Counted from the first letter of the whole stretch, positions 23,857 through 37,343 are shown. The stretch: 54,011 bases of DNA, filler included, from Squatina squatina (GCA_031763465.1; 3 parts of 3 records of this genome joined end to end with filler, not necessarily neighbours in it); one strand, 5' to 3'. Notes: generated from the letters alone by a model not told the origin. Numbers and translations are program-made.

Positions 23857-26800
23857 GTAAGAGCATTCATTAACCTTCAATAAGAGATGGTTACTGAAAA
23901 TAACATGGATTGTTTTCAACTTTAATATGAATTGTTCTGGAAGGTTCTCAGTGTTAAACATTAACTGTAATACTGCATTAACGAAGTGCCCTTGCTATAT
24001 TAAATGAATTCTCTGTCTGTCGCTGTCTCTCTCGACTGGCCAGATCAACAGATATTGTGGTAAGTACACCAGCCACTTCCATTTAGAACTGGTAAACTAT
24101 CCGATTGGACAATGAGATGCAGCAATCAGCACTCCCCATTTTGCAGTGCTCCTGATTTTATTCATAAAACCTCCACGCCCAGTCAGCACTCCTATCGAGT
24201 GAGGCCCTACGCCTGGAGCGGAGTCTTGGCGGATTTACCTTAAGTTTTAAAGTTGCAAACAGTGAACAGTTCAACAACACCTTATATTTATATAGCACCT
24301 TTAATGTAATAAAACGCAGCAGCGCTGTCCCAGATGGCTGGGGAAGATATGTGGAGGCCAGCTTATAGCAAGTAGCTTTCCTGGCCTACATAATGCGGGT
24401 GTGACCACCGCAGCCCTTCAGTCAAAAATTGTTGACAACTTCAAAAATGTGAAACTGGAGCAGCTGAAAGAGGAATCCAATTTTGAGACACACAACAATC
24501 CAGCAGTGATTAAGAAATGAGTTGTCATCACCCTTATCCTGCACAGGGGTCCACAGTGGACCCATATTGTTAATTCTGCCCTCTTCCAGCCTGTTGATTC
24601 AAATGAGACTGTATCACATTGTATAATGGCCACTTACAGTTACAAATTTGCAATTTGGGCAAATGTAGATGTCAGACAAAACTAGAACATATCCAATCAT
24701 GTTGAGGGAGGCATCTATCTTTATTTTTGCAAAATATAAACAATGAAACAAAAGGCACTATAGGCACCTTTGAAAATTTATAATTTATTGCATTCCAAAG
24801 ATGGAAAAAGCTCAACCAGCTGTTGGAATACTGTGGTGAAGCAAACCCATCCTGTCCAGTCCCCCTTTGAGAATCATTTTATTTATACATATAATTTCAA
24901 CTATATATTTTAGCCAAGTTTCTCAACTGCCAGACTTTTAAATAAATGTAGCATTTTGGACTTGAATTGAAGTGACACCTTAAACTGCATCAGAAAATAA
25001 TTATCCCAACCCAATATGAAGGAGCATGGAGGTGGTGGGGGGCACACTAACTCTCATGTGACACTCTAAAATAATCTGTACTCATTATTAATTTCATTAC
25101 TTAAGTACAAATTTCTCTGTTCAAAAAAGATGGGAGTTTATCAGCCACAAGTTCTCTGAAAATATGCACGCACAGTTTCAGAACATAAGCCTTCTGTGCA
25201 CAGAGACATCATGCAACCCAGTTAGGAGCAATGGTTGCTGATATGGCGACGAGTACCTTGCACAACATAGCAGAACTCGGAACTGAAAATTCTGTATAGG
25301 ATTGGGTTTGTAAATAGACTGCTGAACTTTATAATTTCTATGCAAAGAGCAAGGAGTTAACTTTTAAAGGGGGCATTTTCTCTATGAAAACATGTCTGGC
25401 TCTTTTTGTTTGAGGAAGTAGAGAAGCCTGAGAACCATATTTTGTTTTCATCATGATGATGTCATGAATAAGTCCTGCAAAGGGATTTATGTCACTGCAT
25501 CATGATTTTGTTCAAAAAAGTTTAGTAATTAATATTTCACGGAGACAGGCCCTTAAAGACAATTTCATAGCGGACAGTATGAAATATTATATCAACGTAC
25601 TGCCTTAACTGTGAAATACACTAGGGATGATTTTCAACTGCTGGTCACCTATTTCTCACCTGAAAAGTGGGCAGCCGGCTATTGAATATCGGGGGTTTGG
25701 GTAGGGCAGTTTAGCCGCCCAATTTAGGTCCAGGGCTCACCTGATGTCATTTTCAGGTGGGCCTCACACCTGCCTAAAACAAGCAGGAAGTTGCTTAAAT
25801 ATGCAAATAGGACCTCGAATGCAATTTTCAGGTATAAATAGTTACAGCATGCATCGTGCATAATCCACTTATTTGTACCAGGCATTGAGCGGCCGAACCA
25901 GCAGCCCTTAAAGGCACTGCTGTAAGCCAACGAGATTTTAATTTTTTGTTCTTGAGGAGCANNNNNNNNNNNNNNNNNNNNNNNNNNNNNNNNNNNNNNN
26001 NNNNNNNNNNNNNNNNNNNNNNNNNNNNNNNNNNNNNNNNNNNNNNNNNNNNNNNNNNNNNTAACTGTTTTTATGTGCTATAACCTTCAACATGCAAAGT
26101 TTTTCCTTTTTTTGCAACATTTCTACCAGTCGTGACCTTTTTTGGTGATTTTAGCTTTATCATATCACTCCTTTAATGATATTTAATCAGAAGCAACTGC
26201 ATACATTATTGGGACTGTTATTAAATATTCGCTATGGACACTATACTGATAAGCTTTACTATAAGTTGCCATAACTTTACGTGAGTTCTGTCATCAGTTC
26301 ATAGTTTTGAATAGGCAATGCTAGACAGGGAGCGTCTTCCACTCTGCCAGTGGTGAGTAATTCTCTCTCTGGGAAAAGTCTGGTTCACATGTGGTGCATA
26401 AAGTGTCTGTAGTGACGAGGCAAAGAGCAAACACAATTCCAATTCTGGGAAAGGAAACTCCTCCACCACGTCTGTAACTGTATCAGACAGGAAGCTTTCT
26501 TTAACTGTTAGTACAAGACACATGCACACAACCCTTTAGGTACAATGTATATATCTTGAATATCTATTCAGCAGCCTATATATAAAATATTTCTTTACAG
26601 TAATTGGAGCGTTTGAAACTGCTGTAGTGAACAGGAACTGAAAAAGCTCTGGCTTCTATAACATATATTTTAATGCCCAAATCCACTTCCATTCATCATT
26701 ATAGTATGTAATACCTTCAGCTTATATATAGCATATCTCAGTGATTCTAAAGCTGGAGTTTTATCATTTATGAACCAAAGGCTATATTTTCCATGTTTTT

Positions 26801-28489
26801 TTTTTGCAAGAGAATACATTTTTTCATCAAGCTTTCCAGCTGCTACCAAATTGTGCGTGATTTTGTTACAAGTAACTTTGTGTAACATGATTTTGTTACT
26901 GGGAATTGCAAAAAACTTGGCAGTCACAATACAGCTATAATAATAACTGTTTACCATTTACCAAGCAGCTAAATATTCACTTATTTGTTACAGATCATAC
27001 AAAGTTTGGTAATCCAACTGTTGACTGTGCAATTGTGCGTAACAGCTGAACAAAAAAATGAAAACATCTTAATTTACCCACGAGAACAATTTTCCCTGAG
27101 ACCTAGTGTGGGTCGAATTCCCAGAGAAGCCCAGTAATTGCCCTTGATATGCCCACTTCACATGGCAGCTGGAAGAAGATGCACTCGTTGGAATTTAAAG
27201 AGACAGTGCAAATAGGGTGTAACCCCAATATAACTGGGTTCTACCTCAAATTCCTAGACCCCACTGACCCCAAGCAGAAATTAAGCTTGCTGTGCTCTCC
27301 AGCTCAAGGAATATTGGGGCCTAGCTAGAGTCTTGTACACAATATAAAGCACAAAACTTAAAAAAAATATAAAATCAATAGACTGCAAAAAGCACACCTT
27401 TGCATATGAACACCATGAAGCTACAAGACAGCAGAAATGGCAAGTATTTTTACTTCTGTGATCCGCAACTTGTGTATGAAATATAGTCTGTGCAGCCACA
27501 GCAACACAGCCTAGGCAAGAAAAACAAATAGATGTAAAGCCCTAAATTTCCTTGAGGGTTCCGTTGGACACCTGCCAAAACTCTGGCGGGATTCAGGAAA
27601 ACCCACTGGAAAAGGCAGCCATCCAGGTATGCCAGTTCTTCGCTAACTCTGGGAGTTCCTAGTCAGCCCTGTAAAGGGTAGAACCTCTTACAAGGTCAGG
27701 AACGGCCAAGGGGCGGAGACTCCGTATGCCACCGGCTCTCACTGCCTCAGCTCAGAAGGGATTGGCTGTTATGCTGACAAAGAACTATGCCAGCTTCAAA
27801 TTGGGCATAAATAGGCCACACTGGGACAGAGGTTCCAGGCCAGGGAAATGACTAGGGTTCCTATGAATGGGAATTACCCCACCCCATCCAAAAATTTTAA
27901 TACTGGCTTCCTAACACAGGGGGCCAAAGTGGAGTCCAAATAGGTGTCCAGTGGGGTGGGGGGGAAATAGACACACTCACACCTTGGGTACCCCTCCCTC
28001 GTAGCTGGCAAATGCCAGAGTTGCTGGCAGCATGGGACAGGCAGGTGCCCAAGATGCACCGGTAGTGGTACGAGCATTCATCAGCCTTTTGCAAATGAGG
28101 TGCCCTGCTGTTCAGCCACCTGACACCGGCAGGGTCAATGCTGGAGGCCAACCAGTAGGAGTGACCCTGGAGTAACCACTGGGATCACGTTCTGTCCATT
28201 TTCGAAGAGCATAATTTTTTCTTAACTGTCTGAAAAGGATTCTGAATTTCATATTAAAGATAGTCAGATCTAAAACAGTTTTTTGCTTGATGGTCGATGG
28301 ATGTGAAAAGGAAACACTTTGCCCTCAATTTTCTGACTGTATGGTGATGGTGGGAAAGCTCACCCACCCCCAAACTGTGCCCATGATTGCTCGAGATGCC
28401 ATGGCAGATCGGGCATCCCACCACCACTCAGAGTAAATGTACGTGATTATGTTGAATCAAACATGCTCACTCTCTATGCTTTGTGCCTT

Positions 28490-28740
28490 CTCATTCTCCA
28501 CTCTTCCCCTTCCCTCTCTGTTTCTCAGTCCATTCATTCCCCACTTTTTCTCTCTGCCTCTGTTTCTCATTCCCTCATTCCCATTTTCTCCCTTTCTCAT
28601 TCCCCACTCTCTCCCTGCTCTCCCTTTCCCATTCCCCTCATTCCCTTCCCTCTCTGTTTCTCAGTCCATTCATTCCTGACATTTTCTCTCCAGTTCTCTT
28701 TCCTATTCCCTATTTGGGTACCTTCATTCCCACTCCCCTG
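28490..28740 (+). repeat. Pyrimidine-rich low-complexity tract with a 31-bp internal duplication
   Basis: Almost purely C/T on the + strand; ttccctctctgtttctcagtccattcattcc at about 28510 and 28646. Confidence 0.85.
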
Positions 28741-30150
28741 ATGTCAGGGAGGTTGACAGTTTTGCTGNNNNNNNNNNNNNNNNNNNNNNNNNNNNNNNNN
28801 NNNNNNNNNNNNNNNNNNNNNNNNNNNNNNNNNNNNNNNNNNNNNNNNNNNNNNNNNNNNNNNNNNNGGATCTACCAGCCTTTTCTCACTTTACAGCAGT
28901 GAGAGGCCCCTTATCTTTACTTTCTTCACTCCATTGACATCACAAACAATATGCGAGCACAACCAATACTGTACCTTTTGCAACAACTGCCGCCTCTTGA
29001 TTTAAAACACAGCCAAAACGTCAAAAACTGCCTTTATCCCCTTAATAGATGCTGAATGTGCATTTCCAGCAATCTATTCGGAATACAGATTTACAAATTT
29101 GCAATTTTTCATTTTTATTTTATTTCCTGTTTTTGCTTTACCCCACTATTGCTACATTTGTGACATCTCATTGAACCTCGATTCTGCTGATTTCCATCTC
29201 CAGTTGTCCAGTCCTCATCTTTTGTTTCTCAGAGACTGGAACTCCACCTGCTTGCAATTTTCCTCTTACACATCTACTCTCCCAATCCAAAGGTGATGGA
29301 TGTGCTTATGTCTAACACCTTGCTACTTGCCTCAGCTCCTTTGATTCATCTGACTTCTGTCGCTAAAATATCTTTGCCTCTCACCCCATTAAATTGAGCT
29401 GCTGGCTTCATTACTCTTAACTTTTTGTTGAGGAAATCCAAATCTAAACGCACTCTCCTCCCTCGATTCTACATTTTATGACTTATTTTCCACTATAATT
29501 GTTCTCCGTTACAAAACGTTATATGTTTATATATTGGCACAGCCAATCAGTGTACATGATACAGACATATAAAGTAATAGGGATTAAGCTTTATGCAGAG
29601 TTTTGGATGGCCCAGTGGCTTGTTCTCATTTATCTTTAAAAAAAAAAATTTGGACTGTAACAAGCACTTAAACAGCTGTTCCCACTACACCGTGATTCCA
29701 GAGCCTAGAATTGCAGAACTCCACAAAACTGTGCAGGTATTTGTGGGAGGGATTTAACTAGGTTTGTCCTTTTACACAGTAGTGGACTGCAGTAAAGGCA
29801 ACTGCACACTAGCATTAATTATGGCCATCAAGTATTCAGGCTCCTAACTGCAGTCCTTCTACCTCAAGCTCCATAAAGTCTGACCACTGAATCCCAAAAG
29901 GATTCAGACACAAAGTACAGAGTGTTTAAACAACATCTTTAGTATTCAACCACCTCTGGACAATGTTTACCCAGCTGAACAATCTCCTGCCTGTTAAGCT
30001 TTGTGCTGCACACACACGTCTGTGGGCTAAATGTACAACATACTGCTGAANNNNNNNNNNNNNNNNNNNNNNNNNNNNNNNNNNNNNNNNNNNNNNNNNN
30101 NNNNNNNNNNNNNNNNNNNNNNNNNNNNNNNNNNNNNNNNNNNNNNNNNN

Positions 30151-30480
30151 GGACAGATTAGATGCAGGGAGGATGTTTCTCCTGGCTGGGGAGTCCAGAA
30201 CCAGGGGTCACAGCCTCAGGATACGGGGTATACCATTTAGGACTGAGATGAGGAGAAATGTCTTCACTCAGCGGGTGGTGAACCTGTGGAACTCTACCAC
30301 AGAAGGCCAAGTCATTAAATATATTCAAGGAGATAGATATATTTCTTGATACTAATGGCATCAAGGGATATGGGGAGAAAACAGGAACATGGTACTGAGT
30401 TACAGGATCAGCCATGATCATATTGAATGGCAGAGCAGGCCCGAAGAACCGAATGGCCTACTCCTGCGCCTATTTTCTAT
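30151..30480 (+). mobile_element. CR1-type LINE 3' end
   Basis: DRLDAGRMF...SRTRGHSLRIRG...FRTEMRRNVFTQRVVNLWNSLP...GIKGYGEK followed by the gatcagccatgatcatattgaatgg...ttttctatg tail. Confidence 0.92.
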
Positions 30481-31574
30481 GAAAATCAGGAGAGATGCAT
30501 AATGAGTGGCTGAATTGATATCACTCATTGCAAAAATTACCTCCTTAGTGTCAGATTAGGACCAGTTGATATTGCAATTCTTTTTCAATTTTTGTGAAAG
30601 ATTACAGCATCAGTTTTCCTCTGCAAATTCAGAATTCATCAGCTGTGCATTAATTTGGTCTGAAATCACACAATACAAGCTGCTGAAAGGGGTGCCATCA
30701 ATGTAATTCAAACAAACTATCCTCTTAAAAAATACACACATCAAATCAAGGTGGACAGGAAAAACCAAAAAGAAATGGTAGATTTTCACTAACGTAATAT
30801 ATGCACAAGTAGTACCAGCAGTTACAACATCTGTACTGTGATGTTAACAATTAAACTAAACAACAAAGAAGACCTGTTCTTTACAGGAAATGATTGGTGA
30901 TGCAGGATGAACACAATTAGGAACAGATGGGTCGAAAAACAGCCATGAGGCATCCTCATATTGCATGCTGAAGTCATTCACTTGTGCCAAATTAAAAACA
31001 ATAAAAAAGTGAATTTAGAAAGCATTATAAAACATTTAATTCAAGCCAGAGGGCATTCTTTCTGTAGCTCTCCAAGAACTAGCATGACCCACACAAGGGA
31101 CCTTGAGGGAACACCACAGGGAAATATGCTGTTTGCAATTAATGAAATCTGAAATATTAACAGTTAATGAAGTTATTGATTATATACTCCTGATTAGGAG
31201 TTTATTCTTAAAGACCTTTCTAATCTGAGTGAAAACTAGCTTAAGCTTTGAAAAATTTGTTGTTTTTGGACTTCAATCAGCATCATTTTTTCCTGTTTTG
31301 ATGTGATCTATCTAAAACATCTGGTTTAGAACAATAAAAGAAATGCTCTTCTGGCAATTTCATAAACTCATATCCATTCTTAATGCTGCATCACTGGAAA
31401 TTATCGAGTTGCACTTCTGTAGTGTTACAATATTAGTAACATAATATACCATGTACTCCTTGAACTGTGGAGTTNNNNNNNNNNNNNNNNNNNNNNNNNN
31501 NNNNNNNNNNNNNNNNNNNNNNNNNNNNNNNNNNNNNNNNNNNNNNNNNNNNNNNNNNNNNNNNNNNNNNNNNN

Positions 31575-31705
31575 CTGAGATTGATGGATTTTTGCTAACC
31601 ACAGGGGCAAAGAAATACGGAGTTAGGTAACAGATCAGTCATGATCTCGCTGAATGGCGGAACAGGTTAGAGGGGCTAAATGGCCTACTCCTGTTCCTAT
31701 GTTTC
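31575..31705 (+). mobile_element. CR1-type LINE 3' end, short
   Basis: gatcagtcatgatctcgctgaatggcggaacagg...tggcctactcctgttcctatgtt tail. Confidence 0.8.
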
Positions 31706-31744
31706 ATACCAGTTTCCTCTTTAGGACAAGTGGTAAGGCAGTAC

Positions 31745-31930
31745 CTTCGGAAATGTTCTCGTCAACCTGAATCTTCATCTTCTGGTGCATTAGACGGCTG
31801 AAAAATTGCCTGAACAATGTTCCAATGGAGTAAATTCAGGACATCCACCGAATTTAAATCTACAATAATATTAATACCAAGACAACATGGCCTTTTTCAG
31901 GGCTGCTTACAGAGCAACATATTAAGTAAC
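31745..31930 (-). other. Putative exon (5' UTR plus possible first codons MHQKMKIQVDENISE from ATG at 31790) of an unidentified gene
   Basis: ttcttgtttttccag acceptor and GAAG|gtactg donor; no homology recognised. Confidence 0.4.
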
Positions 31931-32205
31931 CTGGAAAAACAAGAATAGGAACAGAGGATGATTGCCTTAGATATTGATCAGTAAATCCAGTAACTTAAAA
32001 GGCGAGGCATTGACCATGCTTAGCGAGCAACACTGTATGTGGCTAAGTTCAATACATAAGATGTCAAACATGTCAACAGGGTACAGGTTGTCACCACGTT
32101 ATCAAAACAGAAATCCTTCCCTCTACCAAATACACCCAAGCCTGATCTTTAGCAACAGAGGCTTCAAAATTAGTAAGAACATTAAAAATAAAGAGCAACA
32201 ATTAC

Positions 32206-32418
32206 CTGGCAAAAATAGCTCCATAGAACATCTTGTAATAATGGAAACTTTTGATACTCATGAGATAGTTTTGATCCAGCCAAACAAAATCACATCTAGA
32301 TCTCAAACTGACGCAAGAAGTAAAACGAGTAAGCACACTCAACATGATGAGCGTGGGTCCAGGGCACAACTCCCAATATAGTTCAGCACAAAGTGAGAAA
32401 TCATGTTCATAAGGATGG
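32206..32418 (-). other. Putative 213-nt exon of the same unidentified transcript
   Basis: tcctttctctcactag acceptor and CCAG|gtaatt donor; would join the 31745-31930 exon across a 275-nt GT-AG intron. Confidence 0.35.
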
Positions 32419-33419
32419 CTAGTGAGAGAAAGGATTTTAAGAGGTAGGCCCTGAATTTCTGCAGGAGTGGAGTTATCCCGATCTGGCATGGTAGAAGAGT
32501 GGGACAATCCCCACAGAAATTCAGGGACGTAATCTTAAGACATTGGGGTTAAGGCCCATTGCTGGGACAGATCTGGAGCATACCTCTTAAACATCTCTTT
32601 CTAATCAGGACTTTTCATATTAATCACTGTACCTGAGAAATGCATGAGTGATGTGCAAAACTCCATGGCAGGCAAAATCAGTTGAACTGCCACTCCCACA
32701 GAAAGCTCTGCCAACCCAAATGCCACTCTTTCAATGCATTCAGGAGGTATAGTGAGTCAGAAAAGAGCATCTGGCTATGCTATACCCACCCTGGGAGTGC
32801 TTGCTGTAGACATTGGATGTCCAAAATTGGAAATATATACCACTCCCAAGTTCAGGTAATTTATTTATTTTAAAATCAATTGATTCAATGCGCCGTTGAT
32901 ACACTACATGTATTTATAACTATTCAATTGGTTTACTCAAGATGAAAAAACAAAAAAAGACATGTTTCAGTTGATTTATCTCGTGCAAATTATGTACACA
33001 GAGCAAGGAATTAATTGCTTTGTTACATTTCTATTCCAAGGAGAGATTCAGTTATACGCTTACCCTCCAAGGAATCTGGCGCCATTTAAGTTAATTACTA
33101 ATTCCTCATCTCTTCTGACACCCGACCTCTCCCCTGCATTACTGTTAGAAATGTTTGTAAATCACTATATAGTCTTCATGACATTCACTATTACAATTAT
33201 GTAAACAGTTATGANNNNNNNNNNNNNNNNNNNNNNNNNNNNNNNNNNNNNNNNNNNNNNNNNNNNNNNNNNNNNNNNNNNNNNNNNNNNNNNNNNNNNN
33301 NNNNNNNNNNNNNNTTTTTTGGAAAGATTCACACATTTTGTTTGGCTTTTCTTTTTGTGCATTTCTTTTTTATATATAATTAAAAAACAAAAAAAAGTTG
33401 ACGGTAATAAAAAAAAAAG

Positions 33420-33880
33420 CGCTGTCAGGGCTGACTCCACGCTATGCCTCTAACTCCTAGAGTGGAAGAGCACATTTCCAGACTGTGTGGCACTCCCACT
33501 CTCTCCTCTCTTTCTCCTCCTCTTCGCCACTCTCCCCGGTTCGCCATCTTGTTTACATTTGACGTCAGGGCAAATAACTTTTTTCTTCCTTTTCTCCGCT
33601 CCCTCGCTCGCTCTTATTTTCCAGTCTTTCTGCTTCAGACTCGGCTTTCCTTCATTAATATTAATGCGGCACTCACAAAGCGCAGCAAGCGCAGCAGCTG
33701 GAGGAAGGAACTGGGGCTTCACTTCAGACTGACAGTCCTCCTNNNNNNNNNNGGCCAGACAACGCGAGGGCTGGAAAATACAGAGAAAGTCTTTCGCCTG
33801 CTTCAGAGTTTAACCGGCCCAATCAAATAAGACAGAGGGCCGGGACATCCGCCCCTAGAGCTGCGTCTTAGCTCGAGTGG
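33420..33880 (-). promoter_or_regulatory. Promoter/first-exon-like segment, locally CpG-enriched
   Basis: Adjacent YY1-type CGCCATCTT, forkhead TGTTTAC and full CRE TGACGTCA at about 33542-33567; CCAAT at about 33819; GC box TCCGCCCC at about 33848. Orientation inferred. Confidence 0.6.
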
Positions 33881-34617
33881 TGGGAGTTGCTCAAGGAGGA
33901 GGAGCTCCAGGCAGACTTTGTTTGACACTGATGACTTGCGTCTGCTGAGAGATGAGGCAGAAAGCTTGTCGAAATGATCAGGGTGCTTGTGCAGTAATCA
34001 AACTGAGTGCTCTGATGTACACATATGATTTATTTAATTAAATATCAATAATCCCTTCGACAAAGCAAAGAAGGGAGAATACTGAATGATTTTTAATACG
34101 ATGTGTTAAAAATATTTTGCATTTAAAGTCCATTTTCAAAAAAGGCAAAGCAGAACACAATAATGACCAGCATATGATCAATGATACAGATGATTGCAGA
34201 GTGAAATGGGCATCTTTGAACAAAGAAAGTTCAATAAAAGAAAAAAAAAGGAGGAAAGTGGCACCAAGGTTTGAAAGATTGGGGATTCCAAATTTATTTT
34301 GTACTCAGTGTATACATTTAAGATTGATCTGTGGTGTTATCTATGTTTTTAAAGTGAATATTTGACTAACTGCATTTCAATGAATGTAGACACTAGGTAT
34401 GAGCATTGAGGTTTGTTCAGCTCCTAAGTTGAGCTTCAGCACCATGTAAATTTTAAAGGAAATCGGATTGTCCTGACAAGTTGTTAGGAAAACTTTCTCT
34501 TGCATGTTTGTAGATCTNNNNNNNNNNNNNNNNNNNNNNNNNNNNNNNNNNNNNNNNNNNNNNNNNNNNNNNNNNNNNNNNNNNNNNNNNNNNNNNNNNN
34601 NNNNNNNNNNNNNNNNN

Positions 34618-34790
34618 ATATTCAAGAAGGAGATATATATATTTCTTAATGTTAAAGGGATCAAGGGATATGGGGAGAAAGCAGGAACAGGATACTGAAT
34701 TAGAGGATCAGCCATGATCATATTGAATGGCGGAGCAGGCCTGAAGGGCCGAATGGCCTACCGTGCTCCTATTTTCTATGTTTCTATGTT
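34618..34790 (+). mobile_element. CR1-type LINE 3' end
   Basis: IFKKEIYIFLNVKGIKGYGEKAGTGY* plus a tail nearly identical to 30320-30480, ending (TTTCTATG)2. Confidence 0.9.
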
Positions 34791-34946
34791 GCTCAACACC
34801 TCCAATACTCTTACTACTGCTCAATGTTTTTTTTGTCTCTGAAATACCGTGCAACATTTGGTAAGGCCTTTAAGTGCACGTTACTGTATATAAACTGAAG
34901 TTAAAATTGGTATCTATTAATAACGGTACTTTTTGTAACATATCAC

Positions 34947-35195
34947 CTTGCTTAAACGATCAGCTAGATTTGTTTGCACTGACTGTCTGTCATAATCCTG
35001 AATTGTCCAGGATGGATGAGCTTTGTTCTGTTGCCAGCTGTCGACTGTCCTTATGTCTGCATACAAGGGATTCCTCTTGATGGTGGAATTCAAGGTTAGA
35101 GGAGTGATATGTTTGCTGAGGACTTTATCAATGAGAACAGGGCGATTGCCATTCAATTGCAAATTGAACTTCTCTGATACCTTTTGGTTCTTAGT
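34947..35195 (-). CDS. MINAR2: MINAR2-like (KIAA1024L/UPF0258) second coding exon, 249 nt
   Basis: tgtcttccag acceptor, AAG|gtgata donor, phase 0-0; KRNPLYAD...PSWTIQDYDRQSVQTNL matches recalled MINAR2 KNNPLYGD...PSWTIEEYDKHSLHTNL. Orthologue versus paralogue unresolved. Confidence 0.8.
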
Positions 35196-35680
35196 CTGGA
35201 AGACAGTTAATTCACAACAGTGCAGTAATAATGGTTTAATTAACAGCAATATTATCAGAATTAACTTGTGGTCAGGTTATACCTGTTGACTATGCTGTAA
35301 GCCTGGTGCAATTATTTCAGTAGTGGTTGCAAACATCCATTTGATTTCACAAATGTAACAATTTAACTCAAGCTACTTGCTAGTAGATGCAAGGATCAAT
35401 TATAAAATTGCACTCAATTAATNNNNNNNNNNNNNNNNNNNNNNNNNNNNNNNNNNNNNNNNNNNNNNNNNNNNNNNNNNNNNNNNNNNNNNNNNNNNNN
35501 NNNNNNNNNNNNNNNNNNNNNNNNNNNNNNNNNNNNNNNNNNNNNNNNNNNNNNNNNNNNNNNNNNNNNNNNNNNNNNNNNNNNNNNNNNNNNNNNNNNN
35601 NNNNNNNNNNNNNNNNNNNNNNNNNNNNNNNNNNNNNNNNNNNNNNNNNNNNNNNNNNNNNNNNNNNNNNNNNNNNNNNN

Positions 35681-35769
35681 CTCAAACCAGGACTTGTGGC
35701 TAATGCTTTTACATCTAGCTGCAGAAATTTGTCAGGATGGTTGTTATTTGGCAAGACAGATAGGTCCAT
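35681..35769 (-). CDS. MINAR2: MINAR2-like first coding exon, 3' end in gap (MDLSVLPNNNHPDKFLQLDVKAL...)
   Basis: First 21 residues identical to the recalled MINAR2 N-terminus; ATG in aacATGG Kozak context. Confidence 0.85.
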
Positions 35770-37343
35770 GTTTCGCTCTTGTGTTGCACTCCAGTCACAC
35801 ACTGGGACTGATGAGCAATGCACTCTCTTTTCAATTATTAATGAACTGTTGAATGTTGAGGTAGATAGCTGAAACATTACCTGTCTGAATGGCTCCTTTT
35901 GGATACTAAATTAACTAATCTTGGGACTGCAGTCACTTATGAATAATACACACCTTTTGTCATTGGAGCTTGTTTCATTAGCACAATGCAGATTACGAGG
36001 CGATGTGGTGCAATTGTTTTAAATTATGAAAGGATGGGACAGGATAGGTGGAAGTAGACTGTTCCCAGTAATTGAGGAGTCTAGAATGAGGGGGCATAGA
36101 TACAAGATTAAATGTTATTAGCTCTTGCCTAGACAAACTGTAGGGGTGTCTGGACTGCTGCTTGGATGCTGCAGCCATGACCTAACAGCACCCACTCATT
36201 CACAAAAGCCAGAGCCTTTAACTAGATGCAAAGACTACCAACATGCAATTTATAAAGAATTAGAAAATTCTATCAATATTCATTTGCATTATATTAACAT
36301 GAAATTTAATCAAGTTCTCATATATTTTGGGCCAGTGTAAAGCCTAACCGTGTAGTGTGATTTGATGTGACCTTACCTGATTTCTGTTCCATGCCATTGG
36401 GATCAATCCTGCCGACTGGAAAATCCACCATATACTTGCAGAGAAGCAAACCAATACAGCAAGGAGCCAGTCATAGAGTATTTGACTTACACAATATATT
36501 TATGGTACTGAAAATAATAAAACCTTTGCATCCTTTCCAAAAATGTTTTAACTGAGTCTCTTGTGATATTTTATATGTCAAAGATTTTCCAAGGAGCCCT
36601 ATTAGCATTCCAAACCAGGAACTGGAGTTCTACATCTATTATACATTTCTTCTGGATGGCAAGGCAAATTACAACACACAGAGGGTAAAAATTTCTGTGG
36701 GGTTATCGTGATGTGCTCCTGTTTAAGATAGCCCATTGTGGCCCAAGATCACCCGCAGTGGAGAAGAAACATCCGTGAAGGCGCCAACTGCTTCGAGTCT
36801 CTCTGNNNNNNNNNNNNNNNNNNNNNNNNNNNNNNNNNNNNNNNNNNNNNNNNNNNNNNNNNNNNNNNNNNNNNNNNNNNNNNNNNNNNNNNNNNNNNNN
36901 NNNNNTATTAGCTGAGCGAGTTTATCATGTGGTAAGTCAGGCACTGAGGCAGATCAGTTTCACAAAAGCGTCAAACAACAAGCGTAGGACCCTTATTTAA
37001 ATATGTTAATGAATTTCTTGAATAGTCTGGCACGCGCCTTGGACACCTACTGAGGAGCCCTATCCAATAGATCAGGCAGCACATTTCTGGGACAGGCACA
37101 CACACTGTCTGCCATATTGGATCCATAAGCGTCCATTTTATGGCTGAAAAACAGGTGCGGCGCAAATACTTTTCTAGGCCATTGTTTTTAATTTATAAAA
37201 GGGCTCAACATGAATCTTGGGTACCCAGGCAATGTGAGTTGGTACCTTGAGTATTTAAGCCACATGCCTGATAGGCAGACATATTTTTGTCCCATTTCTA
37301 GTAAGTAAAATGTTAAATTTTTAGGGATAATTTTGTAATGGAT

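Noticed and set aside
24044-24059. Possible 16-nt microexon (ccag|ATCAACAGATATTGTG|gtaagt) in the CFAP54 intron
   Set aside because: Not frame-preserving and no homology support; strong donors occur by chance.
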